Shown in pieces: positions 1 to 13,532 of a DNA stretch of 64,000 nt. The notes under the pieces were generated by a model. It ran no database searches, had not been told where the DNA came from, and was given only the letters and a program-made list of their open reading frames with translations. The stretch covers positions 9,300,001 to 9,364,000 of the forward strand of contig CATNEN010000039.1 of assembly GCA_950097015.1 (NCBI GenBank), read 5' to 3'. A program made the translations under genes and the position numbers. Position 1 is the first letter of the stretch. Each line of letters begins with the position of its first letter. The stretch comes from Macrostomum hystrix. Lineage: Eukaryota; Animalia; Platyhelminthes.

Positions 1-514
1 GAACGCGTGCTGAGCAAGAGGCAGCCACTACTGTACATTACCAAGCAGTCCGATACTGCTAATTGGCCTGTGAGACTGCCCACCCACGCATATTGGACTC
101 GAATAATATCTAAAGAAGAAGAGAAAGCAGTGGAAGGTAGCTTATTGCATGAGTAGCTGCTCTCATAGCTGGATAGTGCTCTAGGGCTTCATTGCTCTCT
201 TTGACGGAATAAAAATAGAATAAGTAATAAGCATCACGGACCGGAACTATAACCTCATGAAGGCTTGGTAGCTGGAACCTTCCGCTGGAGCATGGCTGAA
301 ATGACGGGTCCAACTTCTTACTATGTTAACGATAGGGTCGATCGTTCGCCAGTAAAACAGCAAGAGCAACACAGTCAGCCGGTGAGTTCATTTTTTAGAG
401 TTTTTGTCTCTCGACCTCATAAAACAAGGCCGCTTATTCGTGAAGCAACTTTTGTGTTGAAGGGTACTTAAGTCCTAATATTGAAAGAATCAGCCAGAGA
501 GGTTCAAATACAAA

Positions 515-645
515 TACCGTTCGTAGGCACACACTCACAAAGGGGTGCACATCTGCCCGGCCTGTCTAATTGTCAGGCAGTGCACACTCGCACCGTGCCT
601 TGGGGGTTAATCCTCAATTGCACGAAAAGCCCCCAAGCCTATGGG
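515..645 (-). mobile_element. tRNA-derived SINE family B, internal fragment
   Basis: Reverse-complement match to the body of the 656-952 and 41308-41652 copies (ttgcacgaaaagccccc; gtcaggcagtg). Confidence 0.6.
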
Positions 646-655
646 CGAAGTCCAG

Positions 656-952
656 GGGGTCGGTGGCAGAGCGGTTAACGCGTTCGCCTCTTGTACTAAT
701 GTCCCCAAGCTCGATTCCGCGGCGAGGCCGCATTCATTTGGGGCGCAGCCGCGTAGAGAAGGCTTTGGGGCTTGTCGTGCAATTTACGCCTTCGAGGGCC
801 ATTCTCCAAGGCACAGTGGCAGTGTACACTGCCTGACGATGAGATGTGAGCGTGTGCCTGCGTACAGTATCTGAGTGCGTATGTGCTCAGGAGTCAGCAA
901 AATGGGCAGAATCGCCTCTTGCTGGCCCACAGTCCTCCTGCAGTTATTATTT
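656..952 (+). mobile_element. tRNA-derived SINE family B
   Basis: tRNA-like head with A box (tggcagagcggt) and B-box-like gctcgattcc, conserved body shared with several other copies, 3' (tta)n tail. Confidence 0.8.
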
Positions 953-1242
953 TTTTAATTATGCTTATTGACTCCAAAAATGGGCGGCCTCACCACGGAA
1001 GCGAGCTTAGGGAACTTAAGCCACAGGCTGTCTCAAAAATTAGTTTGTTTGTCACTTCAAAGTGGCCTTTACTGTATAATCCGCAGCAGCAGCATTTTAA
1101 GCAGAACCGCGGCCAGTTCTGCTGCTGCCTGTTTCGAGTCGCTAAGCGGCTGGGGGAGAGCAGCTGGCGGGCGGTCTTCGGCGACACGACTCTGCTCCAG
1201 GCTAATAAGAAATCTGTTGCAGCATCATCGGATGGCGCAGCT

Positions 1243-4200
1243 ATGGCCGATCGAGGAGACCTGGCAGCCAGGATTCCTATGTCACCGATGTTTCCGGCGT
1301 TCCAGCATCAGCAGCAGTCACCGCCGCCGCCGCCGCCTCGGGGGCCTTGCGGCTTGGTTGGCCTGGAGAACCAGGGCGCCACGTGCTATCTCAACTCGCT
1401 GATACAGGTGAGCCGAGATACTGACTCAATCAGGAAATCTCAACGAGTATATGCCGTGTAATTAAAAAAACTTTCCATTTTAAGGTGATCGCCGCATCGC
1501 CGGAGCTTCGTCGCGCAATATTCGCCGTCTCGCCGGAGCAGCTGGGCTTGGACGAGCATGGCTTCCCGCTAGCGACTGGCGCCGGCGAATCGAGCCTGCG
1601 TCGGATCCCCTACGAACTGCAGCGACTGCTGGCCAGGGTGAGCGCTGATTGGGAACACGACTGGAAACCATGGGAAGGTTGAGAACTATGAGAAATGACA
1701 AAGAAAAGACAACGGGAGGTCGCTACATATGTCAAATTTTAAACAAAGGACTTATGAATAACATGGCTAACCCTTCCAGTGGGGCGCTTTGTTTGGTTTT
1801 TAACGAAGCCCGTAAAGGCTCGGCAACAAGAGACTTAGGTAGATAGATAGTTGTGGGCACAGCCGCTGCTATTTCTCGTCTCATTTAAAAGGCAGCGTAC
1901 AACTGTTTAGTCCATGGACATCGAGTCGCTTTGACACCATTTTGCCAGAAGTTACTTTAGTAGTTATTGTTTTGCGAATGAATGATGTTTGACGATGCAA
2001 ACAAACGCTGTTTAGTAACCCGATGTTTGATGCGAATGAACGCTGTTTAGTAACCCGATGTTTGATGATGCGAATGAACGCCGCAAAGACAAGTTGCCGG
2101 AGCTTGATTCCGTGGCGATGCCATATTCATTTGGAGAGAAGGCATGGTGAAAGGCACTGCCTGAAGATGAAACAGACAGGTAAAATGTACACACCTGTTT
2201 GAGTGTGCACCTGCGTACAGTCTCTGTGTGCGTGTGTGCTTCAGAGTCAGTGGAACAGTCAGAATTGCCTTCTTGCTGGCTACAGGCCTACTGTCACCAA
2301 ATGATATGCCAGTGTCAACGGCCCTCCTGCAATTATTATTAGTTTGTTTGTGTCTCAAGCTTGCAGGCTTTGTACGAATATTTTCCTGTATTGCATAGTA
2401 ATATTCTTAAAAAAACAATGTTCAGATACGCGATTAGCGACGTCGAGTAGCAATACTTCGATTTAGTATTACGTAGTGTGCCAAGTATATTATTTCATTT
2501 TTAATACAGGTCCTCATTATCCCAACCAAACTCAGGTCCTGTTATCTGAGAGCGCCTACGTCAGCACCAGAGAGCTCACTGGCAGCTTCGGTTGGGAGGG
2601 TCGCGACGTGGGCGATCAGCACGACGTGCAAGAGCTCAGCCGACTGCTCATGCACGCATTAGAGGAGTCCCTGGTGGACACTGGGGCCTACCAGGTATGA
2701 AAATATCTCCCATACACCACTCTGACGCTAGTCTCCCCGCTATCCGTTGGATCCACACTGCATCCTGTAGTATCCACACTGTGTTCTTTAGTATCCACAC
2801 TGTACCCTGTAGTATCCACACTGTGTCATGTAGTATCCACACTGTGTCCTGTAGTATCCACACTGTGTTCTTTAGTATCCACACTGTGTTCTTTAGTATC
2901 CATACTGTGTTCTTTAGTATCCACACTGTGTTCTTTAGTATCCACACTGTGTTCTTTAGTATCCACACTGTGCCCTGTAGTATCCACACTGTGTCCTGTA
3001 GTATCCACACTGTGTCCTGTAGTATCCACACTGTGTCCTGTAGTATCCACACTGTGTTCTTTAGTATCCACACTGTGTCCTGTAGTATCCACACTGTGTC
3101 CTGTAGTATCCACACTGTGTCCTGTAGTATCCACACTGTGTCCTGTAGTATCCACACTGCATCCTGTAGTATCAACACTGTGTCCTGTAGTATCCACACT
3201 GTGTCCTGTAGTATCCACACTGCATCCTGTAGTATCCACACTGTGTCCTGTAGTATCCACACTGTGTTCTTTAGTATCCACACTGTGTTCTTTAGTATCC
3301 ACACTGCATCCTGTAGTATCCACACTGTGTTCTTTAGAATCCACACTATGTTCTTTAGTATCCACACTGTGTCCTGTAGTATCCACACTGTGTCCTGTAG
3401 TATCCACACTGTGTTCTTTAGTATCCACACTGTGTTCTTTAGTATCCACACTGCATCCTGTAGTATCCACACTGTGTCCTGTAGTATCCACACTGTGTCC
3501 TGTAGTATCCACACTGTTTCCTGTAGCATCCACACTGTGTTCTTTAGTATCCACACTGTGTCCTGTAGTATCCACACTGTGTCCTGTAGTATCCACACTG
3601 TGTTCTTTAGTATCCACACTGTGTTCCGTAATAACGTCTCCGTCTGTCCCCTTTGAATTGTTTAAAATGAGCTCAATTTAACTTAGTATCACTTTGGTCT
3701 ATTAAAATAATAACTTCACCTGTTAATGTCGTTTGTCAAAATCTTCACCCGACAGGCCATCAAGGCTGCCGTGGCGGGTACCTTTGTAACGGGCATCGAG
3801 TGCCAAACCTGCGGTCAGGTATCCAGCCACAAGGAGGAGTTCCTGGATATCTGCCTTACAACGGTCGGTTTCGCCTCACTCGAGGACAGCCTTCGAGCCA
3901 CCTACGGGGGAGCTGAGAAACTTGAAGGCTCGAATCAGTACCGCTGCGACAACTGCGCCCAGATGGTGGACGCCAAAAAGGTTCGTGAAAACTTTGCGTG
4001 CCTTAGTTAGATGGTCATTAGATTAAAATGAACTGCTACCATTCTTGCAGTTCTGTCGCCTTGAGAGTCTTCCACCAATTCTGACGCTGTCCCTGATGCG
4101 ATTCAACTATGACTTAAACCGCATGCAGCGAGTCAAGAATGAAGCCAAATTCACCTTCCCCGAGCAGCTGGACTTGAGGCCCTATGTTTCTTCCGGCGCT

Positions 4201-7200
4201 GCGACACTGACCTCCGAGGGCAGGCGACATCGGGGCGCAGGTAACAGCGAATTCCAGTACGAATTGTACGCCGTTATCGTGCACTGTGGCTCGGCAATGG
4301 GCGGCCACTATCGAGCATTCATTCTGGACCTGGAGAGGCGCGGCGTTGTGCACCAGCTTCAGCAGCAGCAGCTGTTGCAGCAGCAGCAGCAACAGATACC
4401 GCTGCTCCAGAGTTTTCAAACGGGCAGCTCTGATCTCAATGGTGGAGACGCTTCACTTCAGCGGGTCGGCTCCAACGGGTGAGTGACTGCTGAGGTAGTG
4501 GACTTGCGCAATTGAAAAGTTTTTGTCGGAGCCGGTCTCGAATCGAAAGTATTCAACGACAGCTCTTAACCGTAGAACTCCCGGACAATGTTTTCGCTGC
4601 ACTCAAACGGAGCAAATTGCACAATAAGCTTAAAAATACGGGCCAACTTTTTTGCGCATCTTCTGAAACAAAAACCAAGTCGCCAGCTATACAATAATTT
4701 GCACTGCGCCTCAATGAGGGGCCTTCCCCGGCCTTCAAACTTTATCAGCATGTCCTCCGAATGTTCCTGCATCATCTCCGTCTTCTGTGGTCACCTACCT
4801 TTATCTTGACGGAATGCCTTTAAGGGCTACAACAGGTGGAACTAGGCCATTTGTAAGGACACCCTGACGTGAATTTCTCAAATTTCCCTGATCAATCCTA
4901 AGTATTAGACGCAGCTCAACCACAGGACAGCCTCGCCTGTCTGTCAACCAATCAGTCACCATCCAACGCTGTTAGCATTTGGCTGCTGCCAAAAAGATTT
5001 CAGGCGGGAGAAACTCCCCCCCTCCTTTGGTATAAGAACGGGCAGCAAAGTGGCTTGGTGGCCCTACTGTTAAATAGCTCGACATGATAAACCTTGTTCT
5101 CAAATATTGGTAAATGTTTGCGCTTCTTTGATTTGGCCAATGAGATCGTATAGCTTTTTATGTACTGATAAAATCAATGGTGCAAAAGTTTTGATTGAGC
5201 TTAAATATAGAGCTTATTTTTTGCCAAGGTGATGTCACGGTACGTTGTCAAGGGCTTAGTTAGAGCCACAAAACTCCGCAACTGCCATGAAATTTTTGTA
5301 AAGTTGTTTTACTGTGCCAAATATTGCACAATAAGCCGAAAAAGGTTCTGCATCTTAACTGCAGAGATCTGATCAACAGTCCAGACTCAAATTCTTCCAC
5401 AATGCCGAAGCAACAGAAGCAGCAGCATCAGCACAGTCGTACTGCGAGCAGCGGTAGCAGCGTCAGCCGTAACGGCAAGCAGCATCAACAGCAGCAGCAG
5501 CGCCAATGGTTCGTCTTCAGCGATACCCAGGTGCGCCAGGTGCAGGAGAACGTGCTGAAGGAGCAGTTCGCCGGGCACGAGTGCGCCTACATGCTGTTTT
5601 ACCGACGCGTGGCGGCAGCCGCCCCGAACGCCAGCCTTGCTGGTGTCGCTGAATCGGCAATTTCTGAGATCCCCGGCTGGCTCTGCAAGTCTGTCCTAGC
5701 CGAGAATGAAAGCATTCGCCAGCGACGGGAGGAGTGCGAGGCTGCCGCCAACACTTTCACCTTCGACGTCTTCTCCGAGGAGGCGTTTCAACTAGACGCC
5801 GAGCTGCTTATCTGGGAGAGACTAAAACTGGAACAGCAGCGGCAGGAGCAGCAGCAGGAGAAGGAGCAACAGGAGCCCCGTGAAGAGCCGCTAGACCATA
5901 TGCCATTGGCAAGCGTTACCATCGACTGCAGATTGCCGGTGGCGGAGCTGATGCGGCGGGTCACTGAGGCTATTGTGAGGCGACGTTAGGCACATCTTGG
6001 AAAATTTATTTTTTAAGAGTTTGTTAAAACGATATAGCATCAATGAAACAGGCTTCGTGCCCCTGTTTTTTGCAGAGCGGCCACATGAGTACAATTAGAT
6101 CTGTGTTGCTGCTGGAGCACGGCAGCAGCGGATACTACTGCCTTGCGAAACTGTCTGAACTAGCCAACCCTGCAACAGCCATCAGGTCAACCTATCAGTT
6201 ATCGTCTCCTTACAGCACTGCTGTTCTTTTGTGCCTCAGTGACCCGGTGAGTCCCCGTTATTTAGATCACAGTTATCCAAATTTGCAACAATCTCGCTGC
6301 TATCTTAGTTGCATTCTGCAAGTCTTCCTGATTCACCTTGAGCCTTGAACTCACCTTCCCCTTTCTCAATAATCAACAATATCACTGAATACGGGTACAA
6401 TTGCATCGATTTCCGAACCTCACCGCGGACAGCCGCCTAAGCTTCTGCTGTTCGGTGAGGAGAACAGGCCAATTAGGCTGACACTGCGCCTCTTCAACCA
6501 GCCGGCCATCGAGCGCCCATTCTGCCGATCCACCAGCCTCGTCAACTGCCTGCGCTCAATACTGAATCCCCCACCAGTGGCATCCTCGGAGAAGCAGGAG
6601 AGCGAGTCTCCCGTGTCAGCACGCAAGCGCTTCAAAGCGGAACTTGATCGCCTAGTCATCTATCACAAGCGGTCTAGTGCCTACGCTTCATATCCGCTCA
6701 ACAAGAGCGACGAGATACCACGGGATCGCTTCAAACGCAGTCTGCACGAGCTGGGCCTGCGAGAAGGCGATGCTCTAGTTGTGCGACTGACTGCAAACGC
6801 CGCCGCCGCTGCAGCAGCAGAAACGAGCGGTTTCGATTGTCACGAAGGCGGTAGAGTTGATGCTGCCAACGGTGTCGCCACAAATGGTGGACTCACAATT
6901 GTTGATGTGACCTTCCAGCCCGTAAGTTGGGGTTTTAGCCTCGTGTTTAGTGCGTTGGATTCATGACTTGAAGGTCGGGAGCTCGATTCCCAGCTCCATT
7001 GGGCAAATTAGTTGTTTGCTCCAGTTTTTGTGTTGTTTCTGTGTCCTTTAGCAAGACACTTGAGACACAAGAGGTAACTGAGGGTGGAGTGTGCCGTCCT
7101 GTCAGTCCATGGACTTAACAATCGCACGCAGCCTTCACATGCTCCGCGCAATAGCTGCGGTCGTGCTGTCGGCTGCTCTTCTGACCCGACTATTACAGTT

Positions 7201-10200
7201 GTAATAACTAGTTATTATTGTTATTAATATTATTGCCCAGTAGTATATTTCGGAGTGGAAATTGTCACAACTCTGGACGGACGGAATGTAATAACTAATA
7301 TTATATTCTGTCACAAATTTCAGAAAGATGACTCGGCTACAAAAGCTCTAACAGTCGAAGTTAAATTCGACAATGTAAGTGGCCTCAACTCATGAGCTCT
7401 GAAAGATAAGATGACTCTTTATATTTAGAATAGCTACCTTTTTAAAGTACTTTTAACCGAATGACGTCATACTTGACAAACGTGGAATGTGTTCCACGAT
7501 TTTAGCTCAAAGTCTTTCGATCTTTACTCTTTCCTGGCAGACAATCGGCGAACTGAAATCGGCCGCTCTAGACCTGCTTAGTCGGGAGTCTGAGCTGGAC
7601 ACAACCAGGCCAGAGAAATATCGGCTCCTGATTTATAATGAACAGCTGGCCAGCTATTGCCCAGGTGAGTTAACCTAGTGAGAGCCAGTCTCCTATATAT
7701 TTATATTTTAAAAAGTTCGCTTTCTTGAAATAGCATCAATGGTACATGTAACAATGCTTGTTGGAGGCATTTTTCGTGCAATTTGCGCCCTTGAGGGTCA
7801 ACCCTCAAGGCACAGTCACCGTCTTTTAAAATATTTTTGCTTTCACAATGTCTCTAAGACTTTCTCGCCAAAAAATTGTTTCTATATCGGCTCGCGCACA
7901 CACCGCAGAGCACGAGGGCGTCCTGTGCCAAACACTTCGCTACAACACCAAGCCCCTCCGACTAGTGCAGGAACCAGCCCTCACAGATTATGAGATCTTA
8001 GTGCGCGTTCGCCTACTTCGCGACTCCAAGTGTGCCGAGATAAGCAGTGCCGATGGCGGCCTCACTCCCTCAGTTGATCTGGTAGTCGACTGCGGCATAC
8101 AGACCTCGGAGCTGCGTCAATTGGCAGCCTCCAAGCTGATTGGACCGGACCAAGCTGAACTGCATCATCTGCGCTTCCTGTCGGCAGGTCGACCGCTCGA
8201 CGAGATCAAAGAGGGCGACAGCCTGGCGCGGAGTCGGGTGCGCCACCGCGCCTGCCTGTGCCTGTATCCGGGAGTGCCCATCCGCTTAGGCCAACTGCGA
8301 ATTCGAGTGCACGAACGGCTGCCATTTGACTCCGACTGGCAGACGGTGCTGACCGCTCACCCGGAGCGCCAGTTCCCGTATCGCTGCAGTCTGGCCATCG
8401 ACGAGATCGGCGGCGGCAGCTTGGACTTGTTTCGACAGGCCCTACTGGACTGGCTGGCTGACAATGATGCGTCCGGAGATCGTCGACGAATTCGGCTATA
8501 CAGCTTCCGGCCCTCGGAGAGTCGCCTAGCTGCGACTCTGCATGCGTAAGCGATTCACCTACTCACAAGTAGTGAGGGAAAGTATGAAGAAGAACGATAC
8601 GATTGTTTACGATAACGTAAACAAATTAACAAATAAACTCATAAATAACGCTCGAGACAGTGGAATATTTGAAAAAAAACCTTTTTCGACAACTTCGAAA
8701 ATAATACAAAGATTGTGCTGCTATTTCCCAACTGGGAACGACCTCGGTGGTATTTCAAATACCCACTGCCTACTTCACGACAGCTCCCAAACAGAATGAC
8801 CGATTTTCGTCAAAGTCAACGATATAGTTCAAAATTTTCTGCTTTTTGCAATGAAATAATTTTCAAAGCCATGTGACGTCAGCATCGTCGAGATAATTCA
8901 GCGATTCTTATCGAAGACCCTGTTGACACGTGTTAACTTCTATGGCGAATCCGTTTTGGAATAATGAAAAAATAGCAATTTAATCAATCCAAAATAGTCA
9001 ACAATGTAACGATATATAGCGATTGCGTTAGTAGAAAAATAATGCTTATTTTTGTAGTTTTTGCCACCAGACACCCCGACGATAATCCTTCGACGATGCC
9101 GATGCTTTGTGATTCTGGAAGTTATTTCATCAGGTAAAGTGGAAAATGTTTGCCCGTGTTCTGCGTTTTCATGGCGATTGGTTGAGTACTTTAGGAAGTA
9201 CAGAAAAATGAAAAATGAGGATATTTGAAATACCACCGTGGTTAAGGTTGAATACTCGTACCTGTAACAGTAATCCTCAGTTCAGGATAACTGATTCAGC
9301 ATTGGCTTATTGAGCATAGAAATCATATTTTCTCCAGGTGGAGCAGCATTCGACCATTGGCTGATCCGGGCTGCGGAGTCGCCTACGAGCGCCTGCCCTT
9401 CAACGCTCCAGAGACGCCGCCATCCGCTCAGCCAGGCGGCCTGCGCATGCTTCTGTACCTGACCGTTAAGCCTCAGGAGCAGCACCAGCAGTCGACAGAC
9501 TACCCGCCGCCGGAGGAGTTCTGGTGGGACTGCACCTCGACGTTGGGTGACGGCGACGGAGCTGCGGGTCTGCATAAGCAGGTGAGAGCAACTCAATATT
9601 AAAGTATTTCAATTTATCCAACTAATACAAAAGACAAAGAATGCATTTAGCTGGATAAAAATGATCAAAGCGGTTGAGAGGTCGAGTGATGTTATTCAAG
9701 GGCCACACGAATATTTAGTATTTAATTATTTAATACACGGGCCCACACAAGGGTAAAAACTAACCGGAGTGGGACTGGCAGGCGGACTGAACAGTCGTTG
9801 ATATATCAACAGCATATTGATTCAACAACTGCGTCTCATTTGGTGTACCAGATTTTTCATAAACCAGGTTTCCCATTATTTTCATAAAATCCCATCGCCC
9901 ATTGTCGTATAGGTGGCCCGGCATTTGGGTTGGCAGCAAGCCGAAGTTCGCCTGGCAAAACGGCTACACCACAGCTGCTCCTGGCGACCTCTGCCAACCA
10001 ACGCAGCTTCGCTTCGTCGAAGCGCCGAATTGCACGACTTCGACATTGTCGGCTGCATGCGCGCCTCCGCCACCGGCAGCAGCGGCCTTGACAGATTCGA
10101 CAGCCCGGCTGACTTGCGCCTTCTGGCCGAGCGTAGCGGTGTCGGGATGATGACGTCATCAGGCGGTGGAGCAGCCACTGCCGCTGCATCGGCTTCCGTC

Positions 10201-10335
10201 GAGCATAGTCAGGAGCGCGGATTGGTAATCAATGTGCCAAAGTACAATGGAGCATCAAGCAGTGCAGAAAAGCAGACTGGAAAATCTAGCACAACTGATC
10301 GCGGAGTTAGCGCATCGGGCAATGCCGCAGATTAA
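1243..10335 (+). CDS. USP40: Ubiquitin carboxyl-terminal hydrolase, USP40-like (peptidase C19), ~13 exons
   Basis: Cys box GLVGLENQGATCYLNSLIQ, SFGW..QHDVQEL, zinc-finger Cys pairs (CQTC, CDNC), LPPILTLSLMRF, His box YELYAVIVHCGSAMGGHYRAFI, WFVFSD. Phase-consistent GT-AG exons approx. 1243-1407, 1485-1637, 2536-2694, 3756-3980, 4051-4478, 5365-5974, 6076-6246, 6433-6921, 7324-7374, 7541-7664, 7909-8545, 9338-9581, 9913-10335. The motif SPEQLG..IPYELQRL favours the USP40 subfamily. Start codon uncertain because the frame is open upstream. Confidence 0.8.
2085..2341 (+). mobile_element. SINE family B, degenerate copy in a USP40 intron
   Basis: Matches the family B body and 3' end cctcctgcaattattatt. 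Confidence 0.7.
2750..3626. repeat. 21-bp intronic minisatellite (TAGTATCCACACTGTGTCCTG / ..TTCTT), ~40 units
   Basis: Directly visible; lies in USP40 intron 3 and explains the spurious repeat ORFs. Confidence 0.95.
6935..7215 (+). mobile_element. tRNA-derived CORE-like SINE family A
   Basis: tRNA-like head (ttagtgcgttgga...ctcgattccc), CORE-like gtgtcctttagcaagacactt, body with cagtccatggact, (taa/tta) tail. Confidence 0.75.
8740..9243. mobile_element. Non-autonomous DNA element (MITE family C), ~500 bp
   Basis: Terminal inverted repeats acctcggtggtatttcaaata / tatttgaaataccaccgtggt, an internal inverted pair gcatcgtcgaga...cgacgatgc, and 4 further copies in the window. Confidence 0.75.
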
Positions 10336-11189
10336 GCCAGGGCGGTACTCTTGCTTCACTTGTGAGCTGTGAGCTTTCATTATATTGGTTAGTGCTTCGA
10401 ACTATCAAGAAATCGGGAGAAGGTCGGCGTAATTTCAAGCTTCTGACTAGATAAATCTGATACATTTGTTATGCTAGGTGAATTAGTGAAGCATTCCATG
10501 ATCTCGTCCTTCAAAGTTTTGTTTCATTTAGATTTTTGTTTATTAAGTAATGACTGATTTGGATTCTTTTGTTAATTTCTATGAAATTCTCGGCCTAATA
10601 AAATTGAAAACGAATTAGAAACATATATATTTTAATAAAAAGGTCTCCATAAAAAATTATTTTACTTGTGATTCAATAATCCTGCAAAGTATTCTCAGAT
10701 ATTTCTGCTCATCGTAGTACTCAAGCAGTACCGACTTGCGCACATCATACCACTGACAGTAAACCCGTGTGTGAACCTCGTCGCTTTTAAGTCATTTTAC
10801 TCTGTAAAATTCTCTAAATTACTGTATTTTAACAATTTTATTCGCAAGTAATTAATTGATCCTTGATTGTGTTTTGAAGAACAAGCTTCATTCGCCTGGA
10901 CTAAAAATACAAAAATAACTACCTTTTCATGCTTTCTCATCCAGAGAGCTCTTATCATCTGGAAAGCTAAGTCTAATCTCATTTTCACTTTCTGATCAAT
11001 TACCATTAGTTCAGCAGGATGGCAGGACGGCAAACAACTTGCCTTCGATTCAAGCATCCAAACATCCAAATAATTAAAACTCGTGTCTAGGTCCTTGCTG
11101 CACTCAGTCAGCGTGAAATATTAATGCATTATCATCTGTCCGAGCGTTCATCAAGGTAGTAAATTGCGTACATTAATGTCGACTGTCTA

Positions 11190-12671
11190 TGGTCAAACCC
11201 GATTCGTTGCAACATAAAAAGCGTGCTGTTAATGCATTTCCGCCCTCGTGCCATAGACCATTATCGCACTCGAAAGCCTACACCTTTTTCCATTCTATTT
11301 TGGCAATCGTGCATTCAAAGTCAAAATCTTTTCATTCAATTCAGACAGTTTATGGTAGTTCTTGGCCGGACGTGCATTCAATTCCGACAAATGTGCTTTC
11401 AAAAGCGACAATTTTCAAACAAAGCAAACAAGCTACCACGAGAAACCGACACTTTGCAATCAATTCAAACAATTTGCAATCAATTCCGACAGTTAGCTAT
11501 GAATTGGCTTTTTCTGTCCTCCTATCTATGGCTCATACTGCGAAATTTCCAATCAATTCCGACAAATTTCAATCTATTTAGACAAGCCATTGGAGTACAT
11601 ACTACATGTACTGTACATTTACAGTATACTTCAAAATGCAACAGGACAACTAAAACTGAAACAGTCAGCAGAGTTCATGAGGTTCATAAAGATTCAGCAG
11701 TCTGATTTTAGCCATCAATCGGCACTTCCGCAATGCAGCGCGGTACATAAGTCAGACAATGGTTGTACCAAGCCGTGCAGTTGGCTCCGGTGACGATGTT
11801 TACAGTACTATTCGTTACTCCCTCAAGCATATCACGCCGATATGCTGCTTTGGTTCGTCCAGCAAGAGCTTGCTGGTCGGGGTTCAGAAAGGCGTCGATG
11901 TTTGTGGCTAGCTCGACTTTAATCGCAGCCTTCCAAGCCGATATCGCATTCTCGATGGGTGTTCAGGAATGTGCTATAGGGAGGCAGACGTCGCATCTCG
12001 ATAACTCCAGGAAGTTCCTGATCTTCTCCATCGTTATGACTACTTACGTTGTCATAAATGACAAAGGCTGGCTGGTTAAATGCTTCTTGTATGTTGCCGA
12101 CCAAGATGTTAAGAAATTCGCGAATCTTTCTTTTGTCATGCCGGTTGGGTACGTCTGGAAGTGCAGTACTCCGATACCAGGTGAAACTGCACAACAGACC
12201 GTCAGTCGTGGGCCCTTCGATCCTGCAACACGCCGATATGCTCTCTGACCCTGTTGAGCACGGCCCTGCGACCTCCGTGTCCAGCAGTCGAACCCAAATT
12301 CGTCGACGTAAACTTTCGGGCGGTTTACAACTTCAGCTGAACACCACCATTCGCAGTAGGCACGACGCAGTTGCAAATTAGCTGGTGAGTTTCGCTCTAC
12401 TGGCTGGTCTCTTAGCAACTTAGTGGTGTAGAGCATTCCGTCTAGATGACGACTGACTGTAGAAATTGCTACTTCGGGTTTTTCAGGAAAGCGAGCATGA
12501 AGGCCAGTCTTCAGTTCGGCTAGAGTAACACTGGGGTTAACTTAAATCGACTCTTCAAGAAAATCCAACATCTCTTGATCCACTCTCACATGCTTGGGAC
12601 CTCCTTTTGGCATTTTAGCTGGCCCTTCCGCTTTTCACAATTGTATACGCCGTTGTTCGCTTGATGCCCAT
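11190..12671 (-). mobile_element. Decayed Tc1/mariner-IS630 superfamily DNA transposon (DDE transposase pseudogene ~11708-12671)
   Basis: Reconstructed across frameshifts and a stop: HTH-like IKRTTAYTIV, NPSVTLAEL..ISTVSRHL, VYVDEFGF, RRSQGRA, VIYDNVSSH, LPPYSTFLN/PIENAISAWK, C-terminal CTAWYNHC; stop at 11708. Degenerate short repeats (caattccgaca..) at 11330-11585 are probably subterminal. Element ends uncertain. Confidence 0.85.
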
Positions 12672-13254
12672 GGATCATGGATTTAAATTCACTCTTCATT
12701 TGTGTTTTTTATCTTTAAAGTGACAATGGAATTACTGCAATTAAATTTCTGTACACCAATTTTTAAGTAAGAGAAAAACAAGAAATAAAAAACATTCAAT
12801 TTTGTTAGATTTATAGACAATTAAACGAGGCACAACAAAAAGATTTTTTAACGTAGTTGGGCAAGTTATTTTAAACAATGATGATTAAACGAGTCACAGA
12901 GATTATAACAAATTGCTCTGATCACCGAAGCTTTGACTACAGGCCAACCAAAAAAGGAACGCTTTTGGACATTATAAAGAGCAGATGCATGACTGACGCA
13001 ATACGGCGCCAGGTGCTTCACAAGCCTCGGACATCGGGAATTGCTTTTGATCCTAGCAGAGTGACTTTGTAAAAATAATCTTCTGCTTTGAGAAGAAATG
13101 TTTCCATAAAAACTATAAGATTATTAAATTATTAAAATAGGCACTGTGCAATTCCAAATTTCAGCTCTCATATGATTTTTGTCTCGATCCCATCAGCCCA
13201 GACTGTAGAAAAAAGATCGCCCGTGACCTCATTTAGAAAATATGATTGTTACTG

Positions 13255-13532
13255 TTAATTTTACCAGCCCCAATTGTGCCAGATGTGCAGCGTACAGCAC
13301 AGCCGCAGCTATTGCGCGGCGCATCTGAAGGCTGCGTACGGCTGTTCAGTCCAAAGACTGGTTGGACGCCACACCCACCCTCAATTACCCCAGCTATAAA
13401 TGCTGGTAGCATCTGCATGAACTGAAGCAATTCAGAGTTAAGTGTCTTCCTATAAGACAAAAATTGTTCCTGTAGAGTCTAGAATCGAACCACCGACTTT
13501 AAGTCGTGAGTCCAATACTCTAACTACTAGGT
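13255..13532 (-). mobile_element. CORE-like SINE family A
   Basis: B box (gaatcgaacc on +), CORE-like gaactgaagcaattcagagttaagtgtctt, family A body. Confidence 0.8.

Noticed and set aside
656-730. tRNA genes at SINE heads (also 15708, 41308, 53170, 57240)
   Set aside because: Only A/B-box-like heads without a full cloverleaf; they continue into repeated SINE bodies
2592-3656. Long repetitive ORFs (SIHTVSC / VWILQDT / SVDTTGH)
   Set aside because: Translations of a 21-bp intronic minisatellite inside USP40 intron 3
4780-5260. Possible additional MITE/LTR-like segment in a USP40 intron
   Set aside because: Only weak terminal complementarity, no TSD and no second copy recognised in the window
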